A stretch of 64,000 nt of DNA. Source: Candidatus Melainabacteria bacterium (lineage in GTDB: Bacteria > Cyanobacteriota > Vampirovibrionia > 2-02-FULL-35-15). A program made the translations under genes and the position numbers. The DNA is taken from assembly GCA_023250205.1 (NCBI GenBank), contig JAHFBE010000001.1, positions 66,428 through 130,427 of the forward strand, read 5' to 3'. The stretch's first letter is position 1, and every line of letters starts with the position of its first letter. Positions 28,293 through 38,403 of this stretch are shown one piece after another. The notes beneath the pieces are model-generated. The model saw only the letters and a list, made by a program, of their open reading frames with translations. It had not been told where the DNA came from and ran no database searches.

Positions 28293-29513
28293 TTAAAACC
28301 AGCTAAGCAATCCTTTTTTCTTCGCTTTAGTATCATCCACAACTAAATTCTTTTCTTTGACACCTTTATCTTCTTGAGCCTGTGGCAAATCTGTCTTTGT
28401 AAACTTGCTTGCAAGAATATTATAAGAAGTAGCTAATGGGGAATTTGGTGAGACTTCTAAAAGTGGTCTTCCATAGTTTGCTGACTCAACACACAATTCC
28501 CAATCGTTTGGAAGAGAATGAAATATCTGATGATTAATCTGTTTTTGAATAAGCTCTGGTTCCAAACTTCCTATATACCAGTCCTGCCTATTGATTATTG
28601 GTTTAATTCTATGTTCTTGCACTCCTACCTCTTTTAAGGTATTTATAAAGAATCTGTTATCTCTAATCGCCAGAAGATCAAAGGTTGTCAACATAAGAAT
28701 ATCTGTTGCTCTTTGAATAAATAACATCGTAGTTTCATCAAGTAAATGTGTTGAAGTATCTATTACGATGTAATCATAAATTTCACTTGCAATATCAATA
28801 ACCTTACCAAGAGTTTCCAGATTTACATCATGTAAATCATTTGTTTTCATTAATCCACCGATTACAGAAAGATTTTTTCCAACCATGCTTACTGCATTAG
28901 TAAGATATTGCTCATCCAAGCTGTGACCCTGCCTGCAAATATCTGCCAGAGTACACTTAGGAATTACATTAAGCAAAACTGTTACATGGTTTGAGAAACC
29001 AGCTCCATCAATAAGCAATGTTTTCTTTCCATATACATTTGCAAGTGAATAACTTAAATTTACTGCAGCGGTACTTACACCTGTACCACCCTTATAACTT
29101 GTAAATGTAATAATTTTTGAAGTTCTTCTATTTATAGCATTTGTGCTAGGAGCAGTGTGCAATCGATCTAAGCTAGAAATTAATTCTGATCTCTTAAATG
29201 GTTTCACAAGAAATCCTATTGCTCCAAGTCTAATTCCTTCAATTGCAAGATCTGCATCTTTTTTATCAGATACTATTAAAAAATGTTTACCAACAAGATT
29301 TGGAGTAACTAAAGCTACTGTTTGAAATGAGTTTTCATGATTACCAGTAAAGTCAAATATAATTAATTCTGCTTCTTTTACTAAAGTCGGATCTTCCGCA
29401 ATTTTTGAATCTGTCGCTAAAGATATTTCTACCGGGCCTTCCCAGACATCAGCAAATGTATCTTTCCAATATTTATCAGAAGTTTCTTGAGTTATTATTG
29501 TAACTTTAAGCAT
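28293..29513 (-). CDS. tadZ: TadZ/CpaE: N-terminal receiver-like domain plus a MinD/ParA-like ATPase.
   Basis: Deviant Walker A in a ParA-like domain (SYKGGTGVSTAAVNLSYSLA). REC-like N-terminal ~120 aa. Adjacent to cpaF. Confidence 0.8.
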   Translation of the reverse strand: MLKVTIITQETSDKYWKDTFADVWEGPVEISLATDSKIAEDPTLVKEAELIIFDFTGNHENSFQTVALVTPNLVGKHFLIVSDKKDADLAIEGIRLGAIGFLVKPFKRSELISSLDRLHTAPSTNAINRRTSKIITFTSYKGGTGVSTAAVNLSYSLANVYGKKTLLIDGAGFSNHVTVLLNVIPKCTLADICRQGHSLDEQYLTNAVSMVGKNLSVIGGLMKTNDLHDVNLETLGKVIDIASEIYDYIVIDTSTHLLDETTMLFIQRATDILMLTTFDLLAIRDNRFFINTLKEVGVQEHRIKPIINRQDWYIGSLEPELIQKQINHQIFHSLPNDWELCVESANYGRPLLEVSPNSPLATSYNILASKFTKTDLPQAQEDKGVKEKNLVVDDTKAKKKGLLSWF

Positions 29514-29704
29514 GTGATATCGGTATAGCGATCCTTTGTTTCCCTAGTGATTATGTGCCCTGATACAATATTCGACAAACTACACTTATCGAGTAGATGT
29601 GATTTAATTCACAGGTATATGTTTAAATTTGAAACAACCATAATAAGAATTGATTTTACTTTTTTAACTTTATCTAGTAATAGCCCCATATATACAGTTT
29701 TTTT

Positions 29705-30829
29705 GTGACACCTAAGGGGAAACCCTACGTCAATGTTTTTATGAAAATTTTACTAACAATATTTTTTTTATTGCTCTGTAACTGTTCAACCTACTCTTTA
29801 GCAAATGAAAAAGAAACTTCTAATTCTGAAAAAGGGCTAATCCATGGATATATTACAAATAAAATATATAAACCAATAAATCTAAAAGTCTTTCAAATTG
29901 ACAAAGATTCAATTTACCAAGCAGAAGAAAATTTAGAAGATAATTCATATATCCCTTTTTTAGATTTAAAGGTTACTACAGAAGTTGATTCAGATTACTC
30001 AATTACAACAGATGAGAACAATATCTTCATTCCCAAAGGAACAAAATTAGCTGGATACATTAGTGAAATTCAATCTCCAAAAACCTTTGACAGAAGCGGC
30101 TATTTTAAAATTGCACTCAATAAAGCAATTTGCCCTGATGGAGAAAATATCTACTTAAAATCCAATCTATCATCCAGATCTGAGACTAAAGTTTATCGCC
30201 CATTAAGACACTTTGGCAAAGCCACCTTAGGTCTAGCTGGTGGAGCACTTGCTGGAACTCTTTTTTCATATCAATTAGGTGGGTTAGGATTAGCGGTTGC
30301 TTCTCATGGATACTCACTTGCTATAGGAGCTGGTGCTGGTGGATTCTTAGGAACCCTTGGTGGTATTGCCGCAAAAGGAAACAATTCTAAGATTGAACCT
30401 GGAAGTAAACTTGTTATTTTGCCTGTTGATGATATTAGTTTAAATGAACTAAGCCAGGTTACATGTAAAAGTGTTGATATATCAAAGAATGAAGAAGAAC
30501 TTTCAGACAACGTTAAACTTGAGATTGTCTCAGTAAAGGAAAAGAAAGACTTGCTTGGCGAATCTATCTTAAAAATAAAAATTAAATTTACGAATAATTC
30601 GAACAAGCCTTACAAGCTAAACAATTTTTTCCTAAAAGATTCTCAAGGGAACGAATACACAACTTCTTTTTCCGATATAAACAGCGATATCTTTTTAAAA
30701 TTTCCATCCAATCAAACAACAGATGCATTAATTGAATTTTTAGTAGATCATCCAAAAGCTAGTCACTGGCTTCTTTTAAAAGATCAAAATTATAATGAAA
30801 TTCTTGGCATGTGGAAGGTGAAAGGTTAA
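29705..30829 (+). CDS. Secreted protein with a central glycine-zipper segment, divergently transcribed from tadZ.
   Basis: Signal peptide. Gly-zipper GLAGGALAGTLFSYQLGGLGLAVASHGYSLAIGAGAGGFLGTLGGIAAKG. Confidence 0.45.
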   Translation: MTPKGKPYVNVFMKILLTIFFLLLCNCSTYSLANEKETSNSEKGLIHGYITNKIYKPINLKVFQIDKDSIYQAEENLEDNSYIPFLDLKVTTEVDSDYSITTDENNIFIPKGTKLAGYISEIQSPKTFDRSGYFKIALNKAICPDGENIYLKSNLSSRSETKVYRPLRHFGKATLGLAGGALAGTLFSYQLGGLGLAVASHGYSLAIGAGAGGFLGTLGGIAAKGNNSKIEPGSKLVILPVDDISLNELSQVTCKSVDISKNEEELSDNVKLEIVSVKEKKDLLGESILKIKIKFTNNSNKPYKLNNFFLKDSQGNEYTTSFSDINSDIFLKFPSNQTTDALIEFLVDHPKASHWLLLKDQNYNEILGMWKVKG

Positions 30830-30836
30830 ATAATAA

Positions 30837-32087
30837 TTAGTTTTTTATAGAAACTTTTTTATCCAGACAGGCTATTCCAGGCAAAGTCTTTCCTTCTATA
30901 AATTCAATAGATGCACCACCACCAGTGCTTACATGAGAGAACATATCAAAAGACAGCTTTAAATCTTCAATAGCAGACACAGAGTCTCCACCACCAACAA
31001 CAGTAGTAGATCTTTTCTTTGTAGCATCTACTAATGCTTCTGCAACAGCTTTTGTCCCACCCATAAATTGATGATCTTCAAACATGCCCATAGGTCCATT
31101 CCAAAATAATGTCTTAGACTGGCTTATCATTTTGACAAATTTTTCACATGTTTTAGGTCCAATATCCAATCCTATATATCCATCTGGTATTTTATCAATT
31201 GGATGAATATACAACTCTTTATTAGCCTTTTTTGCTTCAAAATCTTCTTTTTTTACACACACCATATCTTCAGGCAAAACTACAGCTACTGCATATTCTT
31301 CTTTAAGAGCATCGATTTCTTTAATTATTGGAATAAATTTTTCCTCAAAGAGTGAATCTCCTATTTTTCCACCAGTAGCCTTTACAAAGGTAAAAGCCAT
31401 TGCCCCACCTACTAACAAAGTATCTACTTTAAGAATTAATTGTTTAATAACTTCTATTTTAGAAGAGATTTTGCTCCCGCCAAGAATAGTAGTAAATGGT
31501 CTGACCGGAGTTGTTAAAACTTTAGACAGAGAATCAACTTCTTTTTGTAACAATAATCCTGCGAGACAAGGACTTAAATAAGCACAAACCCCAGCTGTAC
31601 TTGCATGTGCTCTATGGCTTGTACCAAATGCATCATTAACATAAATTTCAAAAGGCTTTGCAAGATTTCTTGCAAAATCAGGATCATTTTTTTCTTCTTC
31701 TTTATAAAATCTTATGTTTTCTAACAAACAAACCTCTCCTGCTTTCAAATTGTTTATTACAGTTTGAATCTCAGGCCCAATTGAATCATTTAACTTAATA
31801 ACTTTTTTACCAAGCAATTGTGATAGTCTCTCAGAAACAGGATCCATCTTTAGATCACTATCAAACCCCTTGGGTCTACCAAGATGAGATACAAGAGTGA
31901 TTTTTGCTTTAGCTGAGATTAAATATTGTATTGTTGGTAATGAGGCTCTTATCCTTAAATCATTTGTGATTATAATCTTATTATCTTTTTTTTCAGTAGG
32001 AACGTTAAAATCAACCCTTACAAGAACCTTCTTATTCTCTAGGTTTAATTGAGGGATATCTTTAATTGTTAGCTGTTCCATAGTCAT
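30837..32087 (-). CDS. pgk: Phosphoglycerate kinase.
   Basis: Motif VLVRVDFNVP… plus full-length PGK architecture (416 aa). Confidence 0.95.
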   Translation of the reverse strand: MTMEQLTIKDIPQLNLENKKVLVRVDFNVPTEKKDNKIIITNDLRIRASLPTIQYLISAKAKITLVSHLGRPKGFDSDLKMDPVSERLSQLLGKKVIKLNDSIGPEIQTVINNLKAGEVCLLENIRFYKEEEKNDPDFARNLAKPFEIYVNDAFGTSHRAHASTAGVCAYLSPCLAGLLLQKEVDSLSKVLTTPVRPFTTILGGSKISSKIEVIKQLILKVDTLLVGGAMAFTFVKATGGKIGDSLFEEKFIPIIKEIDALKEEYAVAVVLPEDMVCVKKEDFEAKKANKELYIHPIDKIPDGYIGLDIGPKTCEKFVKMISQSKTLFWNGPMGMFEDHQFMGGTKAVAEALVDATKKRSTTVVGGGDSVSAIEDLKLSFDMFSHVSTGGGASIEFIEGKTLPGIACLDKKVSIKN

Positions 32088-32103
32088 CTATTTTACCTGA
32101 AAA

Positions 32104-32190
32104 TGTCATTGCAAGGAGCCCATTCGCTTCGTCAGCTTTTTCCACCAAGGGTGGACCCGTCCTTCGGCGGGCAAGCCTCCTCACCATGCA
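32104..32190. repeat. Degenerate copy of the palindromic element (TGTCATTGCAAGGAGCC…) with internal hairpins (CCACCAAGGGTGG).
   Basis: Left terminus matches the family. Right terminus is degenerate. Intergenic between pgk and a hypothetical gene. Confidence 0.5.
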
Positions 32191-32196
32191 GTATAA

Positions 32197-32601
32197 TTGT
32201 ATCTTAGTAATCATATGGAAAACAGTATAAAAGTAGACCTAGAAGGTAACCTATATTTCCAAGAGGAAAAGCTTACACATGACAAAATAATTGAGTTTTT
32301 TAAAAAGCTTGATCTTGAAAAGATAGATGACAAGACATACCAATTAAAATGGCAAAACAATAATCAAACACAAAGAATAAATGTAATTCCCGAAGACACT
32401 ATCTTTGTAATTAAAGATGTTGTTAAAGAAAATAATGAAATCAAATTAGTTATAAATGATGAAACTATGGAAAAATTGGAGACATCAACACTTGATTTTC
32501 AAGGAAACATACCTTATGCAATGGTAAAAAGAGGAAGAATTAAAGCCAGATTCAATAGGCATGCTGCATTTAAACTTGGAGAAGCTATTCTTGGTTCATA
32601 A
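32197..32601 (+). CDS. Hypothetical protein.
   Basis: ORF only. No motif recognised. Confidence 0.35.
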   Translation: MYLSNHMENSIKVDLEGNLYFQEEKLTHDKIIEFFKKLDLEKIDDKTYQLKWQNNNQTQRINVIPEDTIFVIKDVVKENNEIKLVINDETMEKLETSTLDFQGNIPYAMVKRGRIKARFNRHAAFKLGEAILGS

Positions 32602-32602
32602 A

Positions 32603-33451
32603 TTAATTAATCCAGCGAGGATAACTCCCTAACCATCTATAGAAACTAAACTCATGAGCTACTTCACTTAATGCTTTTTTTAAAGAGGCATCTTCTCTAT
32701 GTGCTTCTAAATCTACATAAAAAATATACTCTCCAAGCGCTTTTCTAGATGGACGTGATTCGATTCTAGATAAGTTTACTTTTTCTTTTGAAAAAGAATT
32801 TAAAACCCCAACAAGAGTACCGGGCTTATCATAAGGCACTCCAAACGCAATTGTAGTTTTATCTTTGCCACTTGAAGGTAGTGTTTCAGTTCCAATTACT
32901 ACAAATCTTGTAAAATTTTCTTTTTCATCATTAATTCCCACTTCTATTACAGGAACCTTATATATTTCTGCGGCCATTTTTGGACCTATTGCTGCTAATC
33001 CATTACTTGACTCACTTACCAGTTTTACAGCCAGAGAATTACTTGTAGTAGGTTCAAGAGCTGCATCTGGCAAAAATCTTTTCAAATAACTTTGACACTG
33101 ACTTAAAGCCTGCATATGAGCAATAACCTTTTTAACATCATTTAATTTATTTGTTTTTGAAATAAGGCAATGCTCTATCGGAATAATTACTTCATAATTA
33201 ATAGTAACTTTTTGTGAGACACGAATTAAAGCATCAAGTGTTTCTCCTACTGAACCCTCAATAGAATTTTCAATCGGGACAACACCACTTGAAATTTTTC
33301 CTGTACTTACCGCATCTACAATTTGACTGATTGTCTGAAATGAAGCTATTTCAACAGTATGTTTTTTTATCTTTTCAACAAAAAGATTTAAAGCCTGATG
33401 CGTAAATGAACCTTCAGGTCCAAGATATCCTATTATATTGTTTCCGTTCAC
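32603..33451 (-). CDS. pheA: Prephenate dehydratase (PDT + ACT domain).
   Basis: N-terminal IGYLGPEGSFTHQAL, the TRF motif region (ENFTRFVVIG) and a C-terminal ACT domain. Confidence 0.9.
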   Translation of the reverse strand: MNGNNIIGYLGPEGSFTHQALNLFVEKIKKHTVEIASFQTISQIVDAVSTGKISSGVVPIENSIEGSVGETLDALIRVSQKVTINYEVIIPIEHCLISKTNKLNDVKKVIAHMQALSQCQSYLKRFLPDAALEPTTSNSLAVKLVSESSNGLAAIGPKMAAEIYKVPVIEVGINDEKENFTRFVVIGTETLPSSGKDKTTIAFGVPYDKPGTLVGVLNSFSKEKVNLSRIESRPSRKALGEYIFYVDLEAHREDASLKKALSEVAHEFSFYRWLGSYPRWIN

Positions 33452-33476
33452 AGAAATATTTTATCAATAAAAGATC

Positions 33477-34163
33477 TTAGCCACCCAAACGATATCCAAA
33501 TCCTCTAACCGTTTGTAAAATCTTTGGTCTTGCTGGATCTTCTTCTATTTTTTGACGTAACCAACAAATATGAACATCTACTGTCTTAGTATCTCCGTCA
33601 TAATCTAAACCCCAAACTCTTTCAATAAGATCATCTCTGGAGTAAACTCTTCTTGGATTATTCATAAAGATCTCCAGGAGAGCATATTCTCTTGGAGAAA
33701 GAGAAAGTTCTTTATCTGCAAGCCATACTCTATGAGATGCTGTGTCCATAATAATGTCGCCAAATCTTAATCTCTTTCCAGGAGTTTGCGAAACTTGTTG
33801 AGCACGTCTTAATACTGAACTAATTCTTGCAAGCAACTCTTCCCACGTAAAAGGTTTGGTTACATAATCATCTGCACCTGCTGTAAGTCCTTCAACAATA
33901 TCTTCTTTCGCAGTTCTTCCTGTAAGCATTATGACTGGAGTAAAATCCTGTTCTTCCCGAATTTGTCTTAGTATTTCTACTCCTTGTAAGTCTGGCAATG
34001 TCCAATCTAAAATTACTAAATCTGGCTGTTCTCTTCTAAAAGCTTCAAGCGCTGTTTTTCCATCATATGCTGTTATAGTGTCATATCCTTTTTGCTTTAA
34101 GTTATATGCAACTGGATCGATGAGATTTACTTCATCATCAACTAACAAAATTTTGTTTGGCAT
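33477..34163 (-). CDS. OmpR-family two-component response regulator (RpaB-like).
   Basis: REC domain (LLVDDE…, DLVILDWTLPD) plus a winged-helix output (…VRGFGYRLG). Confidence 0.9.
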   Translation of the reverse strand: MPNKILLVDDEVNLIDPVAYNLKQKGYDTITAYDGKTALEAFRREQPDLVILDWTLPDLQGVEILRQIREEQDFTPVIMLTGRTAKEDIVEGLTAGADDYVTKPFTWEELLARISSVLRRAQQVSQTPGKRLRFGDIIMDTASHRVWLADKELSLSPREYALLEIFMNNPRRVYSRDDLIERVWGLDYDGDTKTVDVHICWLRQKIEEDPARPKILQTVRGFGYRLGG

Positions 34164-34268
34164 TTTTGTCCCCTTTTTAATATGTCATTAAGAAAAGTCA
34201 TTATAAGATTAACTTACCATAATCTAGATTAAGATAAACCTACCTTAATAGTATTTCTTAACTTTAGC

Positions 34269-35282
34269 TTAGTCAATTGGAAGGTGAATAATAAAGCTAG
34301 AGCCTTTTCCAAGCTCAGATTTGACTTCTATCTTTCCACCATGCAAGTCAATAACATTCTTAACAATTGATAGTCCTAACCCCGAGCTCCCTTTTGCCCG
34401 CGTGCGATCAACCCTATAAAACCTCTCAAAAATCTTTGTAATTTCATTTGGGGATATCCCTATCCCCGTATCATCAATTTGAAAACTTCCAGCTTCCGGG
34501 CCGGGCCTAATAAATATACTTGAACCTTCAGGACTGTATTTAATCGCATTTTCAATTAAGTTCTGAATCACATGATCAATTTGCTCTGCATCTGCAAATA
34601 TTTCATAACCATCGGAAAGTTCATTTGTAATTTTTGTTCTGTTTTTATCAGCTATTGGTTGAAGGAGTTTAATCGCATCATCTGCTTTAGATTTTAAATT
34701 TATCTTCTTCTTTGCCTGTGATAGTTTCCCTGACTTAATCTTACTTATATTTAAAAGAGCATTGACAAGCTTGGTTAATCTGTCTACTTCTCCATTTATC
34801 TGTTCCAAGAATTTTTGAGAGATTTCAGGATCGTTCTTTGCCCCAAGCAACAGACTTTCAGTGAGTGTTTTAATATTTGTTATTGGTCTTCTTAATTCAT
34901 GACTCATTTCACCAACTGTTTCCTGAAAAGTTTCAAATGCAAGAAGAAGAATATTTCCATCTGAAGCAATTGTTTTCTTTAATTTAATTGGCTTTGAAAG
35001 TCCCACTAAATCTCTTTCAAGCATATCTCCAACATTTAAAAGCTCATCTATCTGATTTCTAACTGTTGGAATGTTTTCCTTTTTTAAATCTTCATTTGTT
35101 GTTTCTAAGAGATTAAGAACTTGTTGATTCCAGGAAAGCAATTTTTTCTCTGGATTATAAAGTAATAATCCAACCGCAAATTCATCAACGTAATTTTTCA
35201 ACATTTCAAATGTTTCTTGTGTCTCTGGCATTTTTTTATTTTTTATTCTATTGAACAGACGAACTTTATACAAAAAGGTCAT
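34269..35282 (-). CDS. Cytoplasmic sensor histidine kinase (HisKA + HATPase_c).
   Basis: H-box (MSHELRRPITNI), N-box and G-boxes (DTGIGI, GSSGLGLSIV). No TM segments. Confidence 0.85.
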   Translation of the reverse strand: MTFLYKVRLFNRIKNKKMPETQETFEMLKNYVDEFAVGLLLYNPEKKLLSWNQQVLNLLETTNEDLKKENIPTVRNQIDELLNVGDMLERDLVGLSKPIKLKKTIASDGNILLLAFETFQETVGEMSHELRRPITNIKTLTESLLLGAKNDPEISQKFLEQINGEVDRLTKLVNALLNISKIKSGKLSQAKKKINLKSKADDAIKLLQPIADKNRTKITNELSDGYEIFADAEQIDHVIQNLIENAIKYSPEGSSIFIRPGPEAGSFQIDDTGIGISPNEITKIFERFYRVDRTRAKGSSGLGLSIVKNVIDLHGGKIEVKSELGKGSSFIIHLPID

Positions 35283-35355
35283 CGAATATATAAAATTCTT
35301 ATTCCCTATATTTATAAAGATAAAAAATCAATTTTATATATCTTTCTATAAAATT

Positions 35356-37788
35356 TTAACCTGCCGTTACGTATGCCTCTGTTTTTTCGGAAATTAACTG
35401 TTTTAATTCAGGATAACTTTCTAAAGTAGGATCTTCTTTAATAATATAAATTGCTTTTTTTCTCGCTAAATCAAGAATTTCAGCATCAAGTATCAAATCC
35501 ACCAGCTTTAAATCAGGTAAACCGCTTTGTCTTGTCCCCAAGAATTCCCCGGGGCCCCGAATTTTTAAATCTTCTTGAGATATAACAAATCCATCATTTG
35601 TTTTGGTCATTATATTTAATCTCTGCATAGCTTCTTCAGAATAACTCTGAGGGGCTAAAAGACAATAAGCCTGTTCTCCTCCTCTTCCAACTCTTCCTCT
35701 TAACTGGTGCAACTGAGACAATCCAAATCTTTCAGCATTTTCAATCATCATTACAGTAGCATTAGAGACATCAACTCCAACTTCAATAACGGTTGTAGTA
35801 ACAAGAATGTTTATTTGATTAGCTACAAATTCCTTCATAATTTTATCTTTTTCATTTGAAGGCAACTCACCATGCATTAGTCCAAGTTTCAAATCTTTAA
35901 ATACTGCTTTTGATAAATCTTCAAATTCTATAGTTGCTGCTTTAGCAGATAATTTTTCAGATTCATCAATTAGTGGAAAAACAATATATCCCTGCCTTCC
36001 TTTTGCAACTTCGCCACAGATCAAATCAAATGCTTTTTGTCTATGTGAAGGTTGGACTATTGAAGTTTTAATAGGAATACGTCCCTTGGGGAGTTCATCT
36101 ATTTCAGAAAGTTCCAGATCCCCATGAATAGCTAAAGCTAAAGTTCTAGGAATTGGAGTAGCAGTCATAAACAATCTCTCAACATTCTTTCCTTTTTGTA
36201 AGAGTAAATCTCTTTGTTTTACTCCAAACCGATGTTGTTCATCTATAACAACCAATCCCAGATTTGCAAACGAAACATCATCTTGAATTAAAGAATGCGT
36301 TCCTACAACTATTTTAATTTGACCATTTGACAGTCCTTGATATATTTCTTTTTTAGTTTTACTTGGTGTGCTTCCCGTTAACAACGCCACTTCTATTCCT
36401 AACGGATTTAAGTATTCCTGAAATTTTCTAGCATGCTGAGTAACAAGGATTTCGGTTGGAGCCATAAGAGCCGTTTGATAACCATTTTCTACTGCAAATA
36501 ACAAAGCCATCAAAGCAACTATTGTTTTACCACTCCCCACATCACCCTGTAAAAGTCTATGCATTGGTTTTGTGCTCATTAAATCAGACTTAATATCATT
36601 GAATACTCTCTTTTGAGCATCTGTTAATTCAAAAGGCAAAGAGTCAATTAGTTTTTTTAGCAACCCACCTTCTTTTTCTTTTAAACCCAATCCTGTTCTG
36701 TTTCTGTCAACTAATCTTCTTCGAAATGCCAGCTGCAATTGCATTAGAAAGAATTCTTCAAACACTATTCTATTTCTAGCCAAATCATACAACTCCTGAC
36801 TTTCCGGGAAGTGAATTTGAGATAAGCTTGTTTTTAAATCTATTAGTTTTTCCTCTTTTATAATTTTTTTTGGCAAAGACTCCTGTATTAAATTTCCATA
36901 TACCTTCAATGCATTTGATGTTATTTTTCTGACAAATTCCTGAGTAATGCCTTCAGTAAGTGCATACATGGGCACAATACGTGAAGTATTTAAACTGTCC
37001 TTATCTAAATCATCCGTATTTAGGACTTCAATAGTTGCATTGGAAAGAGCAAAAGATCTCGAATATTTATCAAATGAGACTGTACCCGAACAAATAACCG
37101 GTGCACCTATTGGATACTGTTTTTTATACTGACTTTGAATTATTTTCCCCATCCGCCCTGCAATAAACTTTGTAATATTAATTTTTCCTGTTCCATCCTC
37201 AATTGTTATTGTAAAAACAGTTAAATCTTTTCTTTTTGGTGGACTGTAGGTTTTTATTGACTTAATAGTCCCACAAACTGTTACACTATCATCCATCTTT
37301 AAGTCTCTTATGGGGAGCTGTTTCTGGTAATCAATATAGGTTCTAGGATAATACTGGAAGAGATCGCTGACCGAAAAAACACCAAGTCTATTTAAGACCT
37401 GAGACATTTTAGGTCCTACTCCTTTTACATACTTAACATCAATTTTCCTTAGATTCTTTTCAAATGATTTTTTTGGTTCTACAATTTTCTTTTCCATCTC
37501 AAGTATTGATTTTTTACTTTTCTCAGAGATCTCTTTTAAGATTTCCTGGGCTTTATGAATGGTATACATCCTGGAAGTTATATCCTGAACAGGGTAAGCA
37601 TAAAAAAGTCCAATGAGGGATTTAAGCTGTTCCTTATCTCGAACAATTGTTGAAAGTGATTTTGCATTTTGAATTATAAAATTTGAGAATGTGGATTGCT
37701 TGCCTTTCGCATTTATATAATGCTGGTCAATCTCATAGATAATTGCGCTTTGTAAAGTTTTTAATTTTTCCTGAATCTCTGAAATCAT
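35356..37788 (-). CDS. recG: ATP-dependent DNA helicase RecG.
   Basis: Helicase motifs (GDVGSGKT, DEQHRFG, QLRGRVGRG) and a wedge domain. 810 aa. Confidence 0.95.
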   Translation of the reverse strand: MISEIQEKLKTLQSAIIYEIDQHYINAKGKQSTFSNFIIQNAKSLSTIVRDKEQLKSLIGLFYAYPVQDITSRMYTIHKAQEILKEISEKSKKSILEMEKKIVEPKKSFEKNLRKIDVKYVKGVGPKMSQVLNRLGVFSVSDLFQYYPRTYIDYQKQLPIRDLKMDDSVTVCGTIKSIKTYSPPKRKDLTVFTITIEDGTGKINITKFIAGRMGKIIQSQYKKQYPIGAPVICSGTVSFDKYSRSFALSNATIEVLNTDDLDKDSLNTSRIVPMYALTEGITQEFVRKITSNALKVYGNLIQESLPKKIIKEEKLIDLKTSLSQIHFPESQELYDLARNRIVFEEFFLMQLQLAFRRRLVDRNRTGLGLKEKEGGLLKKLIDSLPFELTDAQKRVFNDIKSDLMSTKPMHRLLQGDVGSGKTIVALMALLFAVENGYQTALMAPTEILVTQHARKFQEYLNPLGIEVALLTGSTPSKTKKEIYQGLSNGQIKIVVGTHSLIQDDVSFANLGLVVIDEQHRFGVKQRDLLLQKGKNVERLFMTATPIPRTLALAIHGDLELSEIDELPKGRIPIKTSIVQPSHRQKAFDLICGEVAKGRQGYIVFPLIDESEKLSAKAATIEFEDLSKAVFKDLKLGLMHGELPSNEKDKIMKEFVANQINILVTTTVIEVGVDVSNATVMMIENAERFGLSQLHQLRGRVGRGGEQAYCLLAPQSYSEEAMQRLNIMTKTNDGFVISQEDLKIRGPGEFLGTRQSGLPDLKLVDLILDAEILDLARKKAIYIIKEDPTLESYPELKQLISEKTEAYVTAG

Positions 37789-38132
37789 TTTTTCTCACCG
37801 ACCAAATAAACAACTTCTTCTTTTTCTTTGTTTTTTGATTCGTGAATAGTAAAAGCTGGTAAGTAAAGTTTTTCACCAAATGAAATCGCATATTCATTTT
37901 TATCAACTATAAACGTCATCGTTCCATTAATAATACAAATACATTCATCATAGTCATGGTGATGTGGAGAATAATACGCTCCTGGAGAATCTGTCCATTC
38001 ATATGAGCAATAACCTTCTTCTAAAAGCTCTTTTTCTAATTCCTTTTTTGTCTTTCCTTTAACAGAAGTCACTTTAATTTGTTTACTTATATCCATAATG
38101 TGCAGAATACTTTGATAAGCAAAAACATACAA
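37785..38132 (-). CDS. Small cupin-domain protein.
   Basis: 115 aa with the spaced-His cupin pattern (PHHHDYDE…H). Overlaps the recG start. Confidence 0.5.
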   Translation of the reverse strand: MYVFAYQSILHIMDISKQIKVTSVKGKTKKELEKELLEEGYCSYEWTDSPGAYYSPHHHDYDECICIINGTMTFIVDKNEYAISFGEKLYLPAFTIHESKNKEKEEVVYLVGEKK

Positions 38133-38403
38133 GGAATATTATACTGAGGACTCCACTACCCAAAATACAAGAATTGAAACCTCTACAAAACAACTTGATA
38201 TTATTAATTATTTTTAATATTTCACAACTTATTCTTCTTAACTTAGTCTTATTCAAAGAATATTTTAACTGTGCTTAATATAAAGGGAATAAAAGTATAG
38301 GGTTGGCTTTAAGGGATTAATGATTTATCTCTAATTTATTCTTTTTGGATTATTCTTCCAAAGATTAGAGAAATTCCTAGCTCGGCCCATTACAAATCGC
38401 TAA

